Sequence record: PV796108.1
Strand: one strand, 5' to 3'
Length of the DNA stretch: 64,000 bases
In this document: in pieces, positions 37,101 through 45,930 of the stretch
How the letters are laid out: every line of letters starts with the position of its first letter
Numbering within the stretch: the stretch's first letter is position 1
Translations under genes and position numbers: made by a program
Notes under the pieces: model-generated
Database searches by the model: none
What the model was told of the DNA's origin: nothing
The model's input: the letters and a program-made list of their open reading frames with translations, nothing else

Positions 37101-38732
37101 CCCACCACCAGATTCAGTAGTAGAGAACATCTTATCGTAAGTACGTCTTGCACGGTCTAATCCATATGCAGTTCTATTTCCAGAGTTAGGGTTTGCTAAA
37201 TGAGGAACTTCTTCTGAAGGTTTAAATACTTGATGGAATACACTTTGAAGGTCTGTCTCGCTATCTCTAGCAATGAAGTGAAATAAGTCTGTTTCTAAGT
37301 TACGAAGCAAGATACCACTTTGTTTATTCTCAGAGTTCTTTAATTTACCGCTGAATGTTTTTACAACCTCATACTCAGACTCTTTAGAGATTGGATTCAC
37401 ATTCCCTTTGTAAGCAGGGACCAACTGTTTCTTTTCTGGGTCCCAACGGAACACACCATCATTCGCTCCGCTTTCATATCCTGGCAACCCTGTCATAGAG
37501 AATAACTTATCTCCAGCTTTAATGGAGTTACTATTCCAAGTACCATTCATACGAGTACCAGCATCACTATTTACAATACCTTCTACATTTAATTTATCTA
37601 AGAATACTTTATTAGCTACGTCTACAGTTAAATCCGTATCTTGTAAAGCCATGTGAGTTGCTTGTGCGACTTCACCAGTCATTCCATAGAAGTTTGCTAG
37701 CGTTTGGTTCTTTAAGCCATGCTTAGAACTTAGGTCAGCGAATAAAGAGTTTGCAATAGATAATGTATCGAATGAGTCAGCCTTTTGAATATCAGAAGCT
37801 AAACGATTTAAAGCCATTCTAGTCTTTCTATCTTTCTTAGGTATGCTAGGAACTAACTGGTCTTTAATATAATCACGCATGAAGGGGATATCATATGTGT
37901 TAATATTTTGCCCACCTAGTTTTAATTCTTTTCCATTACGTAATGTATTCAAGAATTCTCTAGCTACTACATGCGGTTCTGTACCATGCTTTACAACATT
38001 CTCGAATCCACGTTTCGCCGCTTTGATTTGGTCATGTGTAAATAAAGTACCTTTCATAGCTTTTTGATCTTTGTTCTGTTTTAAGATGGTAGTCATGTCA
38101 CCATCTTTACGGAAGTATCCTTGTCCGAATGCATCATCTGCTCCGTATAGGATTAAGTCATTCACGGTACGTCTTTCATCATCAGACAAGTTAATGCCTG
38201 TGATATGGATTCCTTTTAGTTTTTCAAAGATATCCATTACATGCTTTTGTTCTTTCTCACCTGGCTTTACTAATAGAGAAAGAGCCTTATCTGTTTTACT
38301 AAATTGAAGTTTACCTGCGGCATCTCTTTCTACCTTTGTTTGACGGAAACCAAACTCTAGAGGTGAGTACCATTCTCCGCCATGAGTACCAATATTCTCA
38401 ATATCGAAGAACGTGAAGATATCTCCAGCCTTCATATTTTGAATCGTTTGGATTGACTTCTGAGCATGGGATTTCGTGCTTGTACTTGGGATATGGATAG
38501 ACTTAAACATATTCATTTGAGAATCAGCAGAGTTTGTCAATATCTTACCGTTGTAAGTAGCCGCTTTGAATAACTCATCAGCACCTGTTGTTCTTGGTTT
38601 CTTTTCTCGTTGAGACATTTGAGCAACAATGTATGATGGGTCAGGGTTAGTATTTTGTTTGATATAAGTATCATGAAGGGGGTCGTATTTAAACTGACCC
38701 CCATTTTTAATTCCCCCTTTATTTTCTTCCAT
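31185..38732 (-). CDS. 2515-aa putative virion single-chain two-barrel RNA polymerase with an N-terminal DEDDh 3'-5' exonuclease and a tape-measure-like C-terminus
   Basis: Exonuclease: FFDIE (D110/E112), GQNINTYD281, H360MALQD365. RNAP motifs in canonical order: TFEG(1255)MSII, GRK1395...R1403, LLDKYSAKMDMSGR, NR1958YPT, AD1996HD1998GD2000. Confidence 0.82.
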   Translation of the reverse strand: MEENKGGIKNGGQFKYDPLHDTYIKQNTNPDPSYIVAQMSQREKKPRTTGADELFKAATYNGKILTNSADSQMNMFKSIHIPSTSTKSHAQKSIQTIQNMKAGDIFTFFDIENIGTHGGEWYSPLEFGFRQTKVERDAAGKLQFSKTDKALSLLVKPGEKEQKHVMDIFEKLKGIHITGINLSDDERRTVNDLILYGADDAFGQGYFRKDGDMTTILKQNKDQKAMKGTLFTHDQIKAAKRGFENVVKHGTEPHVVAREFLNTLRNGKELKLGGQNINTYDIPFMRDYIKDQLVPSIPKKDRKTRMALNRLASDIQKADSFDTLSIANSLFADLSSKHGLKNQTLANFYGMTGEVAQATHMALQDTDLTVDVANKVFLDKLNVEGIVNSDAGTRMNGTWNSNSIKAGDKLFSMTGLPGYESGANDGVFRWDPEKKQLVPAYKGNVNPISKESEYEVVKTFSGKLKNSENKQSGILLRNLETDLFHFIARDSETDLQSVFHQVFKPSEEVPHLANPNSGNRTAYGLDRARRTYDKMFSTTESGGGRWMLERMYAALDALNEGREKVKRGEIRKVDIADYVQNHPNVQRTVGGTPTGLPNSQYRDLLVMEKRLTQEKKVWQTAMQRLDSTMPAVNGFTPFSQNVALRKISQELDERYGSGESRIRMPNGKGFLELQLPGDTTHRIDLSTDATAARNIRSYITKGLDIKENISKNGGVDIGLVKKRLQDVVHHIRRPGASGLTSSEKSQLMRQVSELQHGESPYMIIESMARMMRAEYTHNSSYANHNLDIKDVSSIRKPLVEAYKNPAILDEIIGRGIDSGRASHKTQGKAVDLSDAKFQKALQVHDEALNGLMQISGGNTARGVQTMKAEDVVKQLIHSYSGEGMATQLIYDGHKKTYMLAVMQETVMKEVMGLQPNQIIEHAKVASVPIPLLDENMNVQMPGSTKTGYLKAMRMNGKDILGTPLEQLVDGAVRRAGSTKELIRKGNEQEAHSRLRRQAREATEKFSHNNPYTNAKELTKHDSKRSQVAQRAARSKIDVSGWAEEWYSWYDQRYGFEKELGVKNKYQQIKDKASGSYTSFFENLGMREQRAFHSTIQEFASREKNMYLNAGNVSGEQVLNGIYGTRETSQAYQAFGHYNILAREQMNKTRNYIPLEEREIRSRLQAQGYTSVEIERMIQTSATTTASEALSAPIRMPDGSVVKQKELTGLNVQAVELTDMDIKDRMDAFRKSNPDGYADLVRKYGQGFEKNLTTFEGMSIIDKSLQSVFDTKREKNFTLQRGYSLHKDIENFFRQAEGNDLERDGFRSVRTDSGGWRLEGDVMKNATELETILGGRVNNPGKADHGKLTIGQVSVGQNTNYQAEKAWGDGFHVVGYDPETRKLQTQMIEKTENGRKFLTDANHRITTNFFDRDIFEALGVGNSKAIVTVSDINKGMHGTEIEGQVRLAVDEANRLITNSDMDFKNEAVKKYVLDIKDMTQRIFQIPDADIGMRLEPVQGSNLTVGKLVLNSEHGRIAGPVYGLQQEYDFVKQSSQMLEELAAKAGVINYVAPINRQEKNVNLTLRVADLHKWQDQMGVSTDGKSGLVRWTYKEQEAIVNRTDQILNRKDHTIGKFVRQQISSRSALQNSSNEMTLAEETSGILRAINDHQNTTLQKQGVVQDGDIVIRTGGNIMTDLDPDGTHTAVMKDGHLEISQHAFRDPQFNVATDPEMTKGKLGNYAMTLADPRSLQLQIEGLGEGVDETVGSLMKKNGGTFLLEMPSNSEHQFKDKYVRLMSPGTMQIGTGPEALEMANEVDKRSLGIWRNIKAYQAAPTIENKEAVEQAVDAYKSYLNYMVTGSHGGTLLDKYSAKMDMSGRFHIEGVNMHEKGLAEGDALIGPKQMQRMIAGAEGDIVQSLAPKRHESILTEYNERMTQAGKAKGQEKKRLESLANQFKSERMGEEALEIAKTNGLYGFTNRYPTINKQTNGVLRYLVDDRIESNVMYVGAGTAKVFKADHDGDNGNAVFNHYKASKNHTIDDIRAIHGEMAEVQQGSVPLYNQAAVEMAGDELKHYNSEKLTVGEQIQRDIQKTQDLGELAGWGPKTTRLNEMESLLARTGKADIGVLDNLRQRMQTLTNPTYEALAKKGLMSQDEAYQAMNVLEEFSSKISQDSISSKKISVGALTEEIVKSWGKSLTSDESQYAAKVMEHHGADAVMTEVERRMQTHYQAIEMLKEGVIRPDSVGVEKIRKANDILGIFKTSNPGESMNHYGLDRHLDQLQDLYSLSGNSFTENPHLKGMQSGGTKDTEIVSNIVAGGKYESVPTPHLDNIAANNPQFKKIYDEGVQNFENLISERFSFRDRAIKDSLADTITETPHLSKNTLTEMIGADKGIVRATEAVGEKMSGLAHKMGPGMIGGAIGFGAMWAASALMRSGPTPEAFQEQTEMAPPPPPPVQVSSGPTARVMSNENINISIRAKDAKGMSQQDISKLVHQELSNQTSAQLNMNMNVNDNTQKLDNEWMQTQFANVMGKGFTY

Positions 38733-38744
38733 CCCAATTCCTCC

Positions 38745-41700
38745 TTAGTTAAATACTTTTGTCCAGTTCGTATTCAACTCCTGAATAATCTCACTGGTTC
38801 TATCTTTCATCATGTCGAAACCGACACTAATTATATTGTCATCTTTAGATGGTGAACGTTGAACGGTTACCTGTACATCATCTAGACCTGCTCCTCGAAG
38901 GACTTTCTCAATTCTAGATGAGTTAATCATGTCTCCCATTAAACGTGGTTGCATATCAACAGCATCAACGCCAGAAGCATCTGCTCTCGTTTCATCACTA
39001 CCCCAGAACCCAAACTCTGTAAGTTCCATACCTTCATTACGAACAACCTTTAATTTAATGTCATTCAATGCGGTATCTGCACGCCATCCTTCCCAGTTCT
39101 CACTAGGTAGATAATGCTTTTTAAAGTAGGATTCATTGCTCTCTACTTTATCCATCTTCATTCCCCACTTAGCTTGGAAGAAGCGACGTTCATTTTCAGG
39201 AACAAGTCGAAGGATTTCCTCCCTTTCTTCAGGAGCAGCCTTCATGAATTCTGCAAAGTACTCTCTATCTTTTTTCGGTAGAGAACGGAAAATTTTTGTC
39301 ATGTCACCATTTGGGTCAGCCCCGAATAATGTTGACTCATATTCCGCTTTGTATTGAAGAGCTAGTAACGTATGTGGCCCAATATCAACACTACTTCTAT
39401 CCTCACCAATCGTTTTCAGATTGTCACGGATACGTTTCAATTGGAACTCTGTAAGCTCATCATCACCATAACCCATTTTTTTCTGCATTGCCAATTGTTT
39501 TTTGTAAAGTTCTAGCGTTTTACGAGATTGCTTATTCTGCTTACCACGCTTACTATTCTCGTCCAGAAGTTCTTTTAAATCTACACCTTCTGTACGTTTC
39601 GCTTCTTCAGCTGCTTTCTCATATAAACCTTTGAACTTCATGTATTTCAAACGGTCAAAGTACTCGTTAACTTCCCTTTCCTTCTTACGTCTTTCTGGTA
39701 ACCAAACTTTATCATTGCCAGGAGTGTGTTCACTTAATACTCGAAGAGCCGCCGCCCCACCGCCTACTAAAGCACCAATCCATTTACCATAATATTTACC
39801 TTTACCTCGTCCAGCTAACCAACCAATACCATAACCTTGAGCACTTGCAATTAATGGATTACGAGAAGCCATTGTTTCAATCATAGGTTGTAACCATCCA
39901 GAGATAGGTTCTTCCCATGGTCTCCACGCTTTACCATAGACTTCAGTACGTTTGTATTGTTCTAATGGAGAACGAACTTGTAAGAACTTATCAGCGATAG
40001 GACCGATGATAGGTAAGCTTGGTAATAAGTCATGGCTCAAGAACTCCCATGCTTTACCGACAGTAATTTGGTCATTACTGAATAATGCTTGTGTAGCAGT
40101 TGCACTACCATCATCTTTCACACTTACTTTATTGTCTCCACCAATACCCATAATTCCACCGAAGGAACGATTCGCTAACATGTAGTTGACGTTCTGACCT
40201 TTTTGAGTCATGTAGAACGGCATACCTTCTTCACTATTTCCAGCGTATACAACAGCACGCATTGTATTCATCATGTCATCACGGACACGGAATAGTGGGT
40301 CGGCATCTAATCCTACTCGAATCTTCGCACCTTCATAAACGAACTGACGTAATAAAGACTGAGCTTCTTCATCATCTTGCTTGATAGATACACCAGCTAG
40401 TTTAATAGGGTTATTCGGGAACTCTTCTGTTAAGAATGTATTCTGGTCAAGAATCTTCGTAACAGTTACATCCTGCATATCAATGTCAGCATTTGTGAAT
40501 CGTTTATCAAAGAATTGGTATTTCTTTTTACGTTCACGTACTTGCGTCATTACTTCTTGATACTCATCATTCATCTCTTCTGTTAAACGACCATCTTGGT
40601 TCATTTGGGAAACAACACGTTTCCACATACGATACTGGTCAGAGTATGGAGCAACGTCAGCTAAGATACGGAATCTATCGAATGCACCGTACTTGCTTCC
40701 ATCTTCTTGAGAGAACTCATCTGGATGTAGCTTGTATAAAGATTCATAAGCTTCACCAGGAAGTCTCATTTCACCTTTACTTACTTTTACATAAGGGTCA
40801 CCGTATTTAAATGGTAGGAAGTATTCCGCACCAGGCATCCAGTCTGGCATTGTGTTTCGAATTGGATTGTAGTAATTTTTATTCGGGTCACGAGGAATAT
40901 AACGACGGAAAATCTCGGAGAATCCGCCACCAACCATATCGGCTCCACCTAGCTCCATATCCCAGAAGCTACGAGCCATACTATCCATACGAGAACTTGG
41001 CTCAAGTGTTAATCCACGTCCACCCTCTTGGAATCCAGATAGTGCTTTTGTACCGAAACCGTAGATACCAAGAACCTCAGATGCAGAGTAGAACATATCA
41101 CGAGCTACACCAGATGGATTACCAATCTCACCGATGTCAGCTAAGTCTGCTAGTGCTTCAGGGTCACGTAAGCTTTCTAATTGAGTTAAAGGTCTCATCT
41201 TAGATTGGTTAACTGCTGCTTGACCTCTCATGATGATACGTTGGTTAATTGCTGCTAAAGAAGCACTGGAGTAATCTCCTGTTCCAACCATTCGTTCAGT
41301 TCCTTCAATAGCAACGCCACCTTCAGAACTAGAACCACCACCAAGACCAATGGCACCGCCAGCACCTGAACCATAACCTTCTTCATATCCACCATCACCA
41401 GAAGGCATATCTTCATATACTTGAAGCCCACCAGCTGGCATTAACTGAATACTAGCACCTTCACTATATGCATCAAAACGTCTACTAGATGCTGCAATTA
41501 CTTCATCTTGATAACGTTCATGTTGTTCTTGTAAGTCTGCTCTTACAGTACGTGGAGAAATGATTCGCCCAATTGTATTATCTGCAAGTGGACCGACAAT
41601 AGGGAAGTCAGATAGGATTGTTCCACCTTTAATTGGGTAAGGTCTGTCATCTTCATGCTTCTTTTCTAGATAACTATGACCATTTAACATGTAAGTTAAT

Positions 41701-44700
41701 GGAGCTATTGGATTTGATAATGTAGGAATCCAAGTGTTTGCCCAGTAATCATTTGCACTTCCATAAAGCGTATCAGTGTATTCATAATCACTCTTCGCTT
41801 TACGATACCAGTTTGGTTCCCATCTCTCGATCTTTCCACCAGCCCAAGGAGTATTCGAACCTAGACCCCAGTAACGACCTTTACGTACAGCATCTTCACC
41901 AGATTCATAGTACTTATCTACTTCCTTTTCTGAACGAAAATCAGAGAATGCACCAAGTGTTAAGAAGTCGAATGCCTTTAAGAATGGTAGTTCACCTAAT
42001 TGCCCAGCACCTGCAAATGGAGCAGTTAGTTCTTTACCAATACGATTAATACCAAGTGCTTCTTTTACACCAGCTAAGTCGCCATGCATATTTACATACG
42101 TATCAGCTAGGCTATCACTTACTGTATCTCCAGTCATATCATCAAGGTACTCTAACTCTTTGTAAGCTACATAAGGAAGTAAGATACGTTTCCCTAATTG
42201 GTTTACAAGAATACTTTGCATACTACCTTTGTCTTTTTGAGCAAGACCTAATCCTACTTTGGATAACGCATTATCCATACGTTCAACACCGTAATAGAAG
42301 AATGTAGTAGCTGTCGTTACATCACCAAGGTTATTACGACCAGCGAATGGTTGCTTTACTACTTCTTTCGCACTATTAAGAAATGCAGATACAGAGTTAG
42401 AACCTTCTTCAATTAATTGATTGTAGTTCTCTTGCGCCCATCCAATTCCTTTTGCATCTCGCATGATACCGTAACCTGTTGTCGGTCCGAAATAGTTCGG
42501 CGGTTTCATACCTGGCCCAGTACTTGTTAATGGATTGAACTCTTTAATGCTCTGATGGATAGCTTGACCAAATACACTGTCATCGCCTTTCATCAACCCA
42601 GCGAATTCTTCTAATGCATCGTCACCATACGTATTACGATTACGATAAACATCTTTCCACCATGTACGCATTTTAGAAAGGACTTCCATATTACGTACTT
42701 CACCTAATGCATTTTTCTCTAAATCACCTTCTAGGATTGCATTTCGAACAAGACGGCTTGTACCCTCTGTTGTCATATTGACTTGGTGAATAGAGTGTTG
42801 TTGAATTAAACGTTTTGCATCATCTAAAATACCAACTAATTCTGTTTCACCTGTTTCTAATGCAGAAGCAAACTCAGGAAGAACAGCGCCGTTGTCACTA
42901 GAGATACGCTTATTCTTTAAGAAGCCTTGAGGGGAACGACTAAACTTCGTCCACATTTCATCTAATTGTTCAGCTAATGCCGTATTACCTTTAGAGATTT
43001 TACCATCGAACTCAGGAGAACCAATGGCTTGTCGTAAACGTCCTACTGCACCCATGATTTCATCTGTTGTATTTAATTTTGTTAAATCAATATCAACGTT
43101 CCCATATGCTTTCTTTACATGTGGGTTTAAGAAATCAATTGTTGTACTAGAGAAGTTTGTTGTCTTTTCATTAAATGAACTATATAGGTTCTTATAGATA
43201 CCTTCTACTTCATCTAAATCCTTGTACTGACCTTTCATCATTGTACGAACTTGGTTAATCTCCCAGTCAGGGTCTTTAAATTTCGTAAACATACTCTTGA
43301 TGTTAGCGAAGCTAGATGGGGATTCTTGCATTCCAAATCCAAAGAAGTTCTTTACTGGACCAACATCATCATAGTTTCGTACGTGTAAGTTAGCCATGCT
43401 TGCTGGCATACGGCTGAATACACCGAATCGTCTATCGGCTAGGTAGACACCCTCATCTACTTTATTCATATCATGCATACGGTATACATTTCCACCAACA
43501 AAGATATGGTCGTCTGCTAATGTACCAGCTGCCGCATCTCTATTATGAGCCGCAGGATGCTGTACTGTTCGTGCTCCTTGTAAGAACGGGTCAATATCTC
43601 CACGTTTTAATACGTAGCTTTTAGGAGCTTCACGAATTGTTTTAATACTAGAATAGTGAGCAAGGTCTAATGGGTTGAATCGTAGATATGGTAATTGCAC
43701 ATTGTCTTTTACAATATCAAGGAAGTTTAATCCGCCATCAATACTGTTACGCATATCAACAACGTTACCTGATTTATCTAAGAATAAGCCTGGGTCTACA
43801 TGTAGGTCTCCTAGTTCACTATCAGACTTCATATGGATACGGAAGTTGTTTGCTAAGTTCTTTGGAGCCATCTTGCTAGCTTTTTCTAATGGAACTAAAA
43901 AGTCTGAACTGTCTTGGTCAATCAAACCTCTGTTTAATGTTTCCTTTAATGTCAGTGGTTTTAAACCTCGGCGTTGAGCAGCTTCCATCCATTTACCATT
44001 CTTGTCAACTGAGTGGTCATCCTTGAATGCTTTTACACGGAGGTCACGATATTCTTTGTAGTTCTTTTTCGCAACATCCTTTACATTCTTATCCTTCTTA
44101 ACCGCTGTCATCGTTTGGTAAACTGTCTCTGCTGTTTTCTTACGTTCTAACTCATCAACAAAGTCTAATGCATTACTGATGTTATTCTTTTTCGCATTCT
44201 CTTTTGAATGCATTTTTAATAACTCGTCTACCTTTTTAAGAGACGGAGCTTCATAGAATAAGTCATCACGTTTTTGACGAAGGACATTTTCTAGTCCGCC
44301 TTCCTTCATTCTCTCAGGGAGAACAGAACTTAGTCGTTTCATTGTCTCTTCAAACTGAGTAGAACGTACAAAGTCTTTACGTTCCTTTTGAAGACCCTTC
44401 ATCATAGACAGATATTCATTTTGAATCTTCGTTGGTTTTCCACCAAGAGGAGTTCGTGCCATACGCATTCTCTCTTCTTGCAGGTCTTTAAATGTACGAG
44501 TAAAACGATTATCGAATCTATCCTTATTTCTCATATGGAATAGAGGATTCTTTTGATCTAATGCATGGTCTAATGATTTTAAATATGAACCTACTTCACC
44601 CATTGCATTGCCTACAGGAGTATTGCGGGCTGACATTTTAGCAGCTTGAATAGCGGCTCCTCTCATAGCCATACTAGATTCATGTGTAACTACCTTGATT

Positions 44701-44822
44701 CCTTTACCGATTGCTCGTCTATATTTATAACCTAGTGCTGCACCACCTACTATACCTGCAAGCTCTAAAGGACTGGAACCTTCTTGCTCTGGTAAGGGCT
44801 GGCGTCCAGTTTGCTCTGCCAT
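38745..44822 (-). CDS. Tape measure protein (2025 aa) containing a degenerate SNase-like fold
   Basis: Lies immediately after the tail chaperones; long and mostly helical, with Gly/Ala-rich hydrophobic segments (LAGIVGGAALG; WIGALVGGGAAAL). Confidence 0.75.
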   Translation of the reverse strand: MAEQTGRQPLPEQEGSSPLELAGIVGGAALGYKYRRAIGKGIKVVTHESSMAMRGAAIQAAKMSARNTPVGNAMGEVGSYLKSLDHALDQKNPLFHMRNKDRFDNRFTRTFKDLQEERMRMARTPLGGKPTKIQNEYLSMMKGLQKERKDFVRSTQFEETMKRLSSVLPERMKEGGLENVLRQKRDDLFYEAPSLKKVDELLKMHSKENAKKNNISNALDFVDELERKKTAETVYQTMTAVKKDKNVKDVAKKNYKEYRDLRVKAFKDDHSVDKNGKWMEAAQRRGLKPLTLKETLNRGLIDQDSSDFLVPLEKASKMAPKNLANNFRIHMKSDSELGDLHVDPGLFLDKSGNVVDMRNSIDGGLNFLDIVKDNVQLPYLRFNPLDLAHYSSIKTIREAPKSYVLKRGDIDPFLQGARTVQHPAAHNRDAAAGTLADDHIFVGGNVYRMHDMNKVDEGVYLADRRFGVFSRMPASMANLHVRNYDDVGPVKNFFGFGMQESPSSFANIKSMFTKFKDPDWEINQVRTMMKGQYKDLDEVEGIYKNLYSSFNEKTTNFSSTTIDFLNPHVKKAYGNVDIDLTKLNTTDEIMGAVGRLRQAIGSPEFDGKISKGNTALAEQLDEMWTKFSRSPQGFLKNKRISSDNGAVLPEFASALETGETELVGILDDAKRLIQQHSIHQVNMTTEGTSRLVRNAILEGDLEKNALGEVRNMEVLSKMRTWWKDVYRNRNTYGDDALEEFAGLMKGDDSVFGQAIHQSIKEFNPLTSTGPGMKPPNYFGPTTGYGIMRDAKGIGWAQENYNQLIEEGSNSVSAFLNSAKEVVKQPFAGRNNLGDVTTATTFFYYGVERMDNALSKVGLGLAQKDKGSMQSILVNQLGKRILLPYVAYKELEYLDDMTGDTVSDSLADTYVNMHGDLAGVKEALGINRIGKELTAPFAGAGQLGELPFLKAFDFLTLGAFSDFRSEKEVDKYYESGEDAVRKGRYWGLGSNTPWAGGKIERWEPNWYRKAKSDYEYTDTLYGSANDYWANTWIPTLSNPIAPLTYMLNGHSYLEKKHEDDRPYPIKGGTILSDFPIVGPLADNTIGRIISPRTVRADLQEQHERYQDEVIAASSRRFDAYSEGASIQLMPAGGLQVYEDMPSGDGGYEEGYGSGAGGAIGLGGGSSSEGGVAIEGTERMVGTGDYSSASLAAINQRIIMRGQAAVNQSKMRPLTQLESLRDPEALADLADIGEIGNPSGVARDMFYSASEVLGIYGFGTKALSGFQEGGRGLTLEPSSRMDSMARSFWDMELGGADMVGGGFSEIFRRYIPRDPNKNYYNPIRNTMPDWMPGAEYFLPFKYGDPYVKVSKGEMRLPGEAYESLYKLHPDEFSQEDGSKYGAFDRFRILADVAPYSDQYRMWKRVVSQMNQDGRLTEEMNDEYQEVMTQVRERKKKYQFFDKRFTNADIDMQDVTVTKILDQNTFLTEEFPNNPIKLAGVSIKQDDEEAQSLLRQFVYEGAKIRVGLDADPLFRVRDDMMNTMRAVVYAGNSEEGMPFYMTQKGQNVNYMLANRSFGGIMGIGGDNKVSVKDDGSATATQALFSNDQITVGKAWEFLSHDLLPSLPIIGPIADKFLQVRSPLEQYKRTEVYGKAWRPWEEPISGWLQPMIETMASRNPLIASAQGYGIGWLAGRGKGKYYGKWIGALVGGGAAALRVLSEHTPGNDKVWLPERRKKEREVNEYFDRLKYMKFKGLYEKAAEEAKRTEGVDLKELLDENSKRGKQNKQSRKTLELYKKQLAMQKKMGYGDDELTEFQLKRIRDNLKTIGEDRSSVDIGPHTLLALQYKAEYESTLFGADPNGDMTKIFRSLPKKDREYFAEFMKAAPEEREEILRLVPENERRFFQAKWGMKMDKVESNESYFKKHYLPSENWEGWRADTALNDIKLKVVRNEGMELTEFGFWGSDETRADASGVDAVDMQPRLMGDMINSSRIEKVLRGAGLDDVQVTVQRSPSKDDNIISVGFDMMKDRTSEIIQELNTNWTKVFN

Positions 44823-44837
44823 TTAATTCACTCCTTT

Positions 44838-45359
44838 CTAGAATGGGTGATGATGCTGTTGTTCTTTATCTTCTTCTAACTTAACTCCTCGAAGAACTTC
44901 TAATGTCCATTTAGCACGAGAATAGTACCACATTGTTTTCTCTAATCCCCAGTTGTCAATCTCTTCTAATTCAAACTCAGGGAAACAGAACTTAATAATA
45001 CAAGATACTTGATTCTCGAAGCTTCTCATGTCTGCATCAAACTTCATCTCAAGTTCTTTCATTAAATTATTGTCTTTACCGAATCCTGCTTTCTTCAGAA
45101 TTTCTTGACCGACAACGTTTGGAACCCCAGCAGGTAATGATTCTGTATCATCAATTACAGGGTCTAGTAAACATATTCTACAGATTTCATCGTACTTGTC
45201 TGTTTCAAATTCTATTGGAGCAATTCTTTCTTTAAACTCTTTACGAGATAATGGTCGCCATACATATGCATCATCTTCAAACTCTGTCACATATACTTCC
45301 ATGTATTCTTTTATCCATTCATCTCTAATGCGTAAGTACTCTGTTATGTCTTTTGTCAT
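44838..45359 (-). CDS. Tail assembly chaperone, GT-like (G-like domain plus C-terminal extension)
   Basis: YVWRPLSRKEF...AGVPNVVGQEILKKAGF is paralogous to the upstream chaperone, with an extra C-terminal domain; precedes the tape measure gene. Confidence 0.7.
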   Translation of the reverse strand: MTKDITEYLRIRDEWIKEYMEVYVTEFEDDAYVWRPLSRKEFKERIAPIEFETDKYDEICRICLLDPVIDDTESLPAGVPNVVGQEILKKAGFGKDNNLMKELEMKFDADMRSFENQVSCIIKFCFPEFELEEIDNWGLEKTMWYYSRAKWTLEVLRGVKLEEDKEQQHHHPF

Positions 45360-45377
45360 TGTGTTCTCCTCCCAAAT

Positions 45378-45404
45378 AAAAAAGAGAGGGGATTTCCCCC
45401 TCTC
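45378..45404 (-). terminator. Intrinsic terminator between the two chaperone genes
   Basis: GAGAGGGG-GAAAT-CCCCTCTC followed by TTTTTTATTT. Confidence 0.85.
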
Positions 45405-45419
45405 CCCTTATTATATTTC

Positions 45420-45905
45420 TTATAGACGGATAGCGCCTGTTTTTGCAGTGAAACCAGATTTCTCTAAGATAGTGTCAGCTAATACAGTTGGGATACCAGC
45501 TTTACCAGCACGTAATTGTGCGAAGCCGTAACCTACAGGATATAAGATTGCTGTATCACAAATCTTTTCTTCACGGTAGTATTGGTCTGCACCTTGCATA
45601 TTCATTACTGATTTGTACTCAGTGCGTTTAAGTGGGCGCCAGATAAATACTTGGTCGTCGAATTCAACAAGATAAACTTCTTCGTTGAAAGCTGATTTCC
45701 ATTCTTCAACTTGGTTCTCTGTTGGACCACCTGGGAACAATAATTTATTACCGTGTTCATCGACCATTAAGTCTGCTTCGAAGTCTTCTTCAGGTTGAGC
45801 TTCTGGAGCTGGGCCAGCTGTTGGTGCTTCTTCTTTCCACTCAGCCTTTTCTTCGATTTGTTCTACTGCTTCTAATTCTAACTCTTCATTTTTTTTGCGT
45901 GCCAT
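45420..45905 (-). CDS. Tail assembly chaperone, G-like
   Basis: FIWRPLKRTEYK...AGIPTVLADTILEKSGF; acidic N-terminus; lies between the tube genes and the tape measure. Confidence 0.7.
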   Translation of the reverse strand: MARKKNEELELEAVEQIEEKAEWKEEAPTAGPAPEAQPEEDFEADLMVDEHGNKLLFPGGPTENQVEEWKSAFNEEVYLVEFDDQVFIWRPLKRTEYKSVMNMQGADQYYREEKICDTAILYPVGYGFAQLRAGKAGIPTVLADTILEKSGFTAKTGAIRL

Positions 45906-45930
45906 CTTGTTTTCCTCCTAATTTATGAAT

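Noticed and set aside
31185-38732. Calling the 2515-aa protein a DNA polymerase because of its DnaQ domain
   Set aside because: No family A, B or C polymerase motifs were seen; the downstream motifs are those of two-barrel RNA polymerases.
45360-45450. Programmed frameshift or readthrough between the chaperone genes
   Set aside because: There is no canonical slippery heptamer, a second in-frame TAA follows within two codons, and a terminator lies in between.
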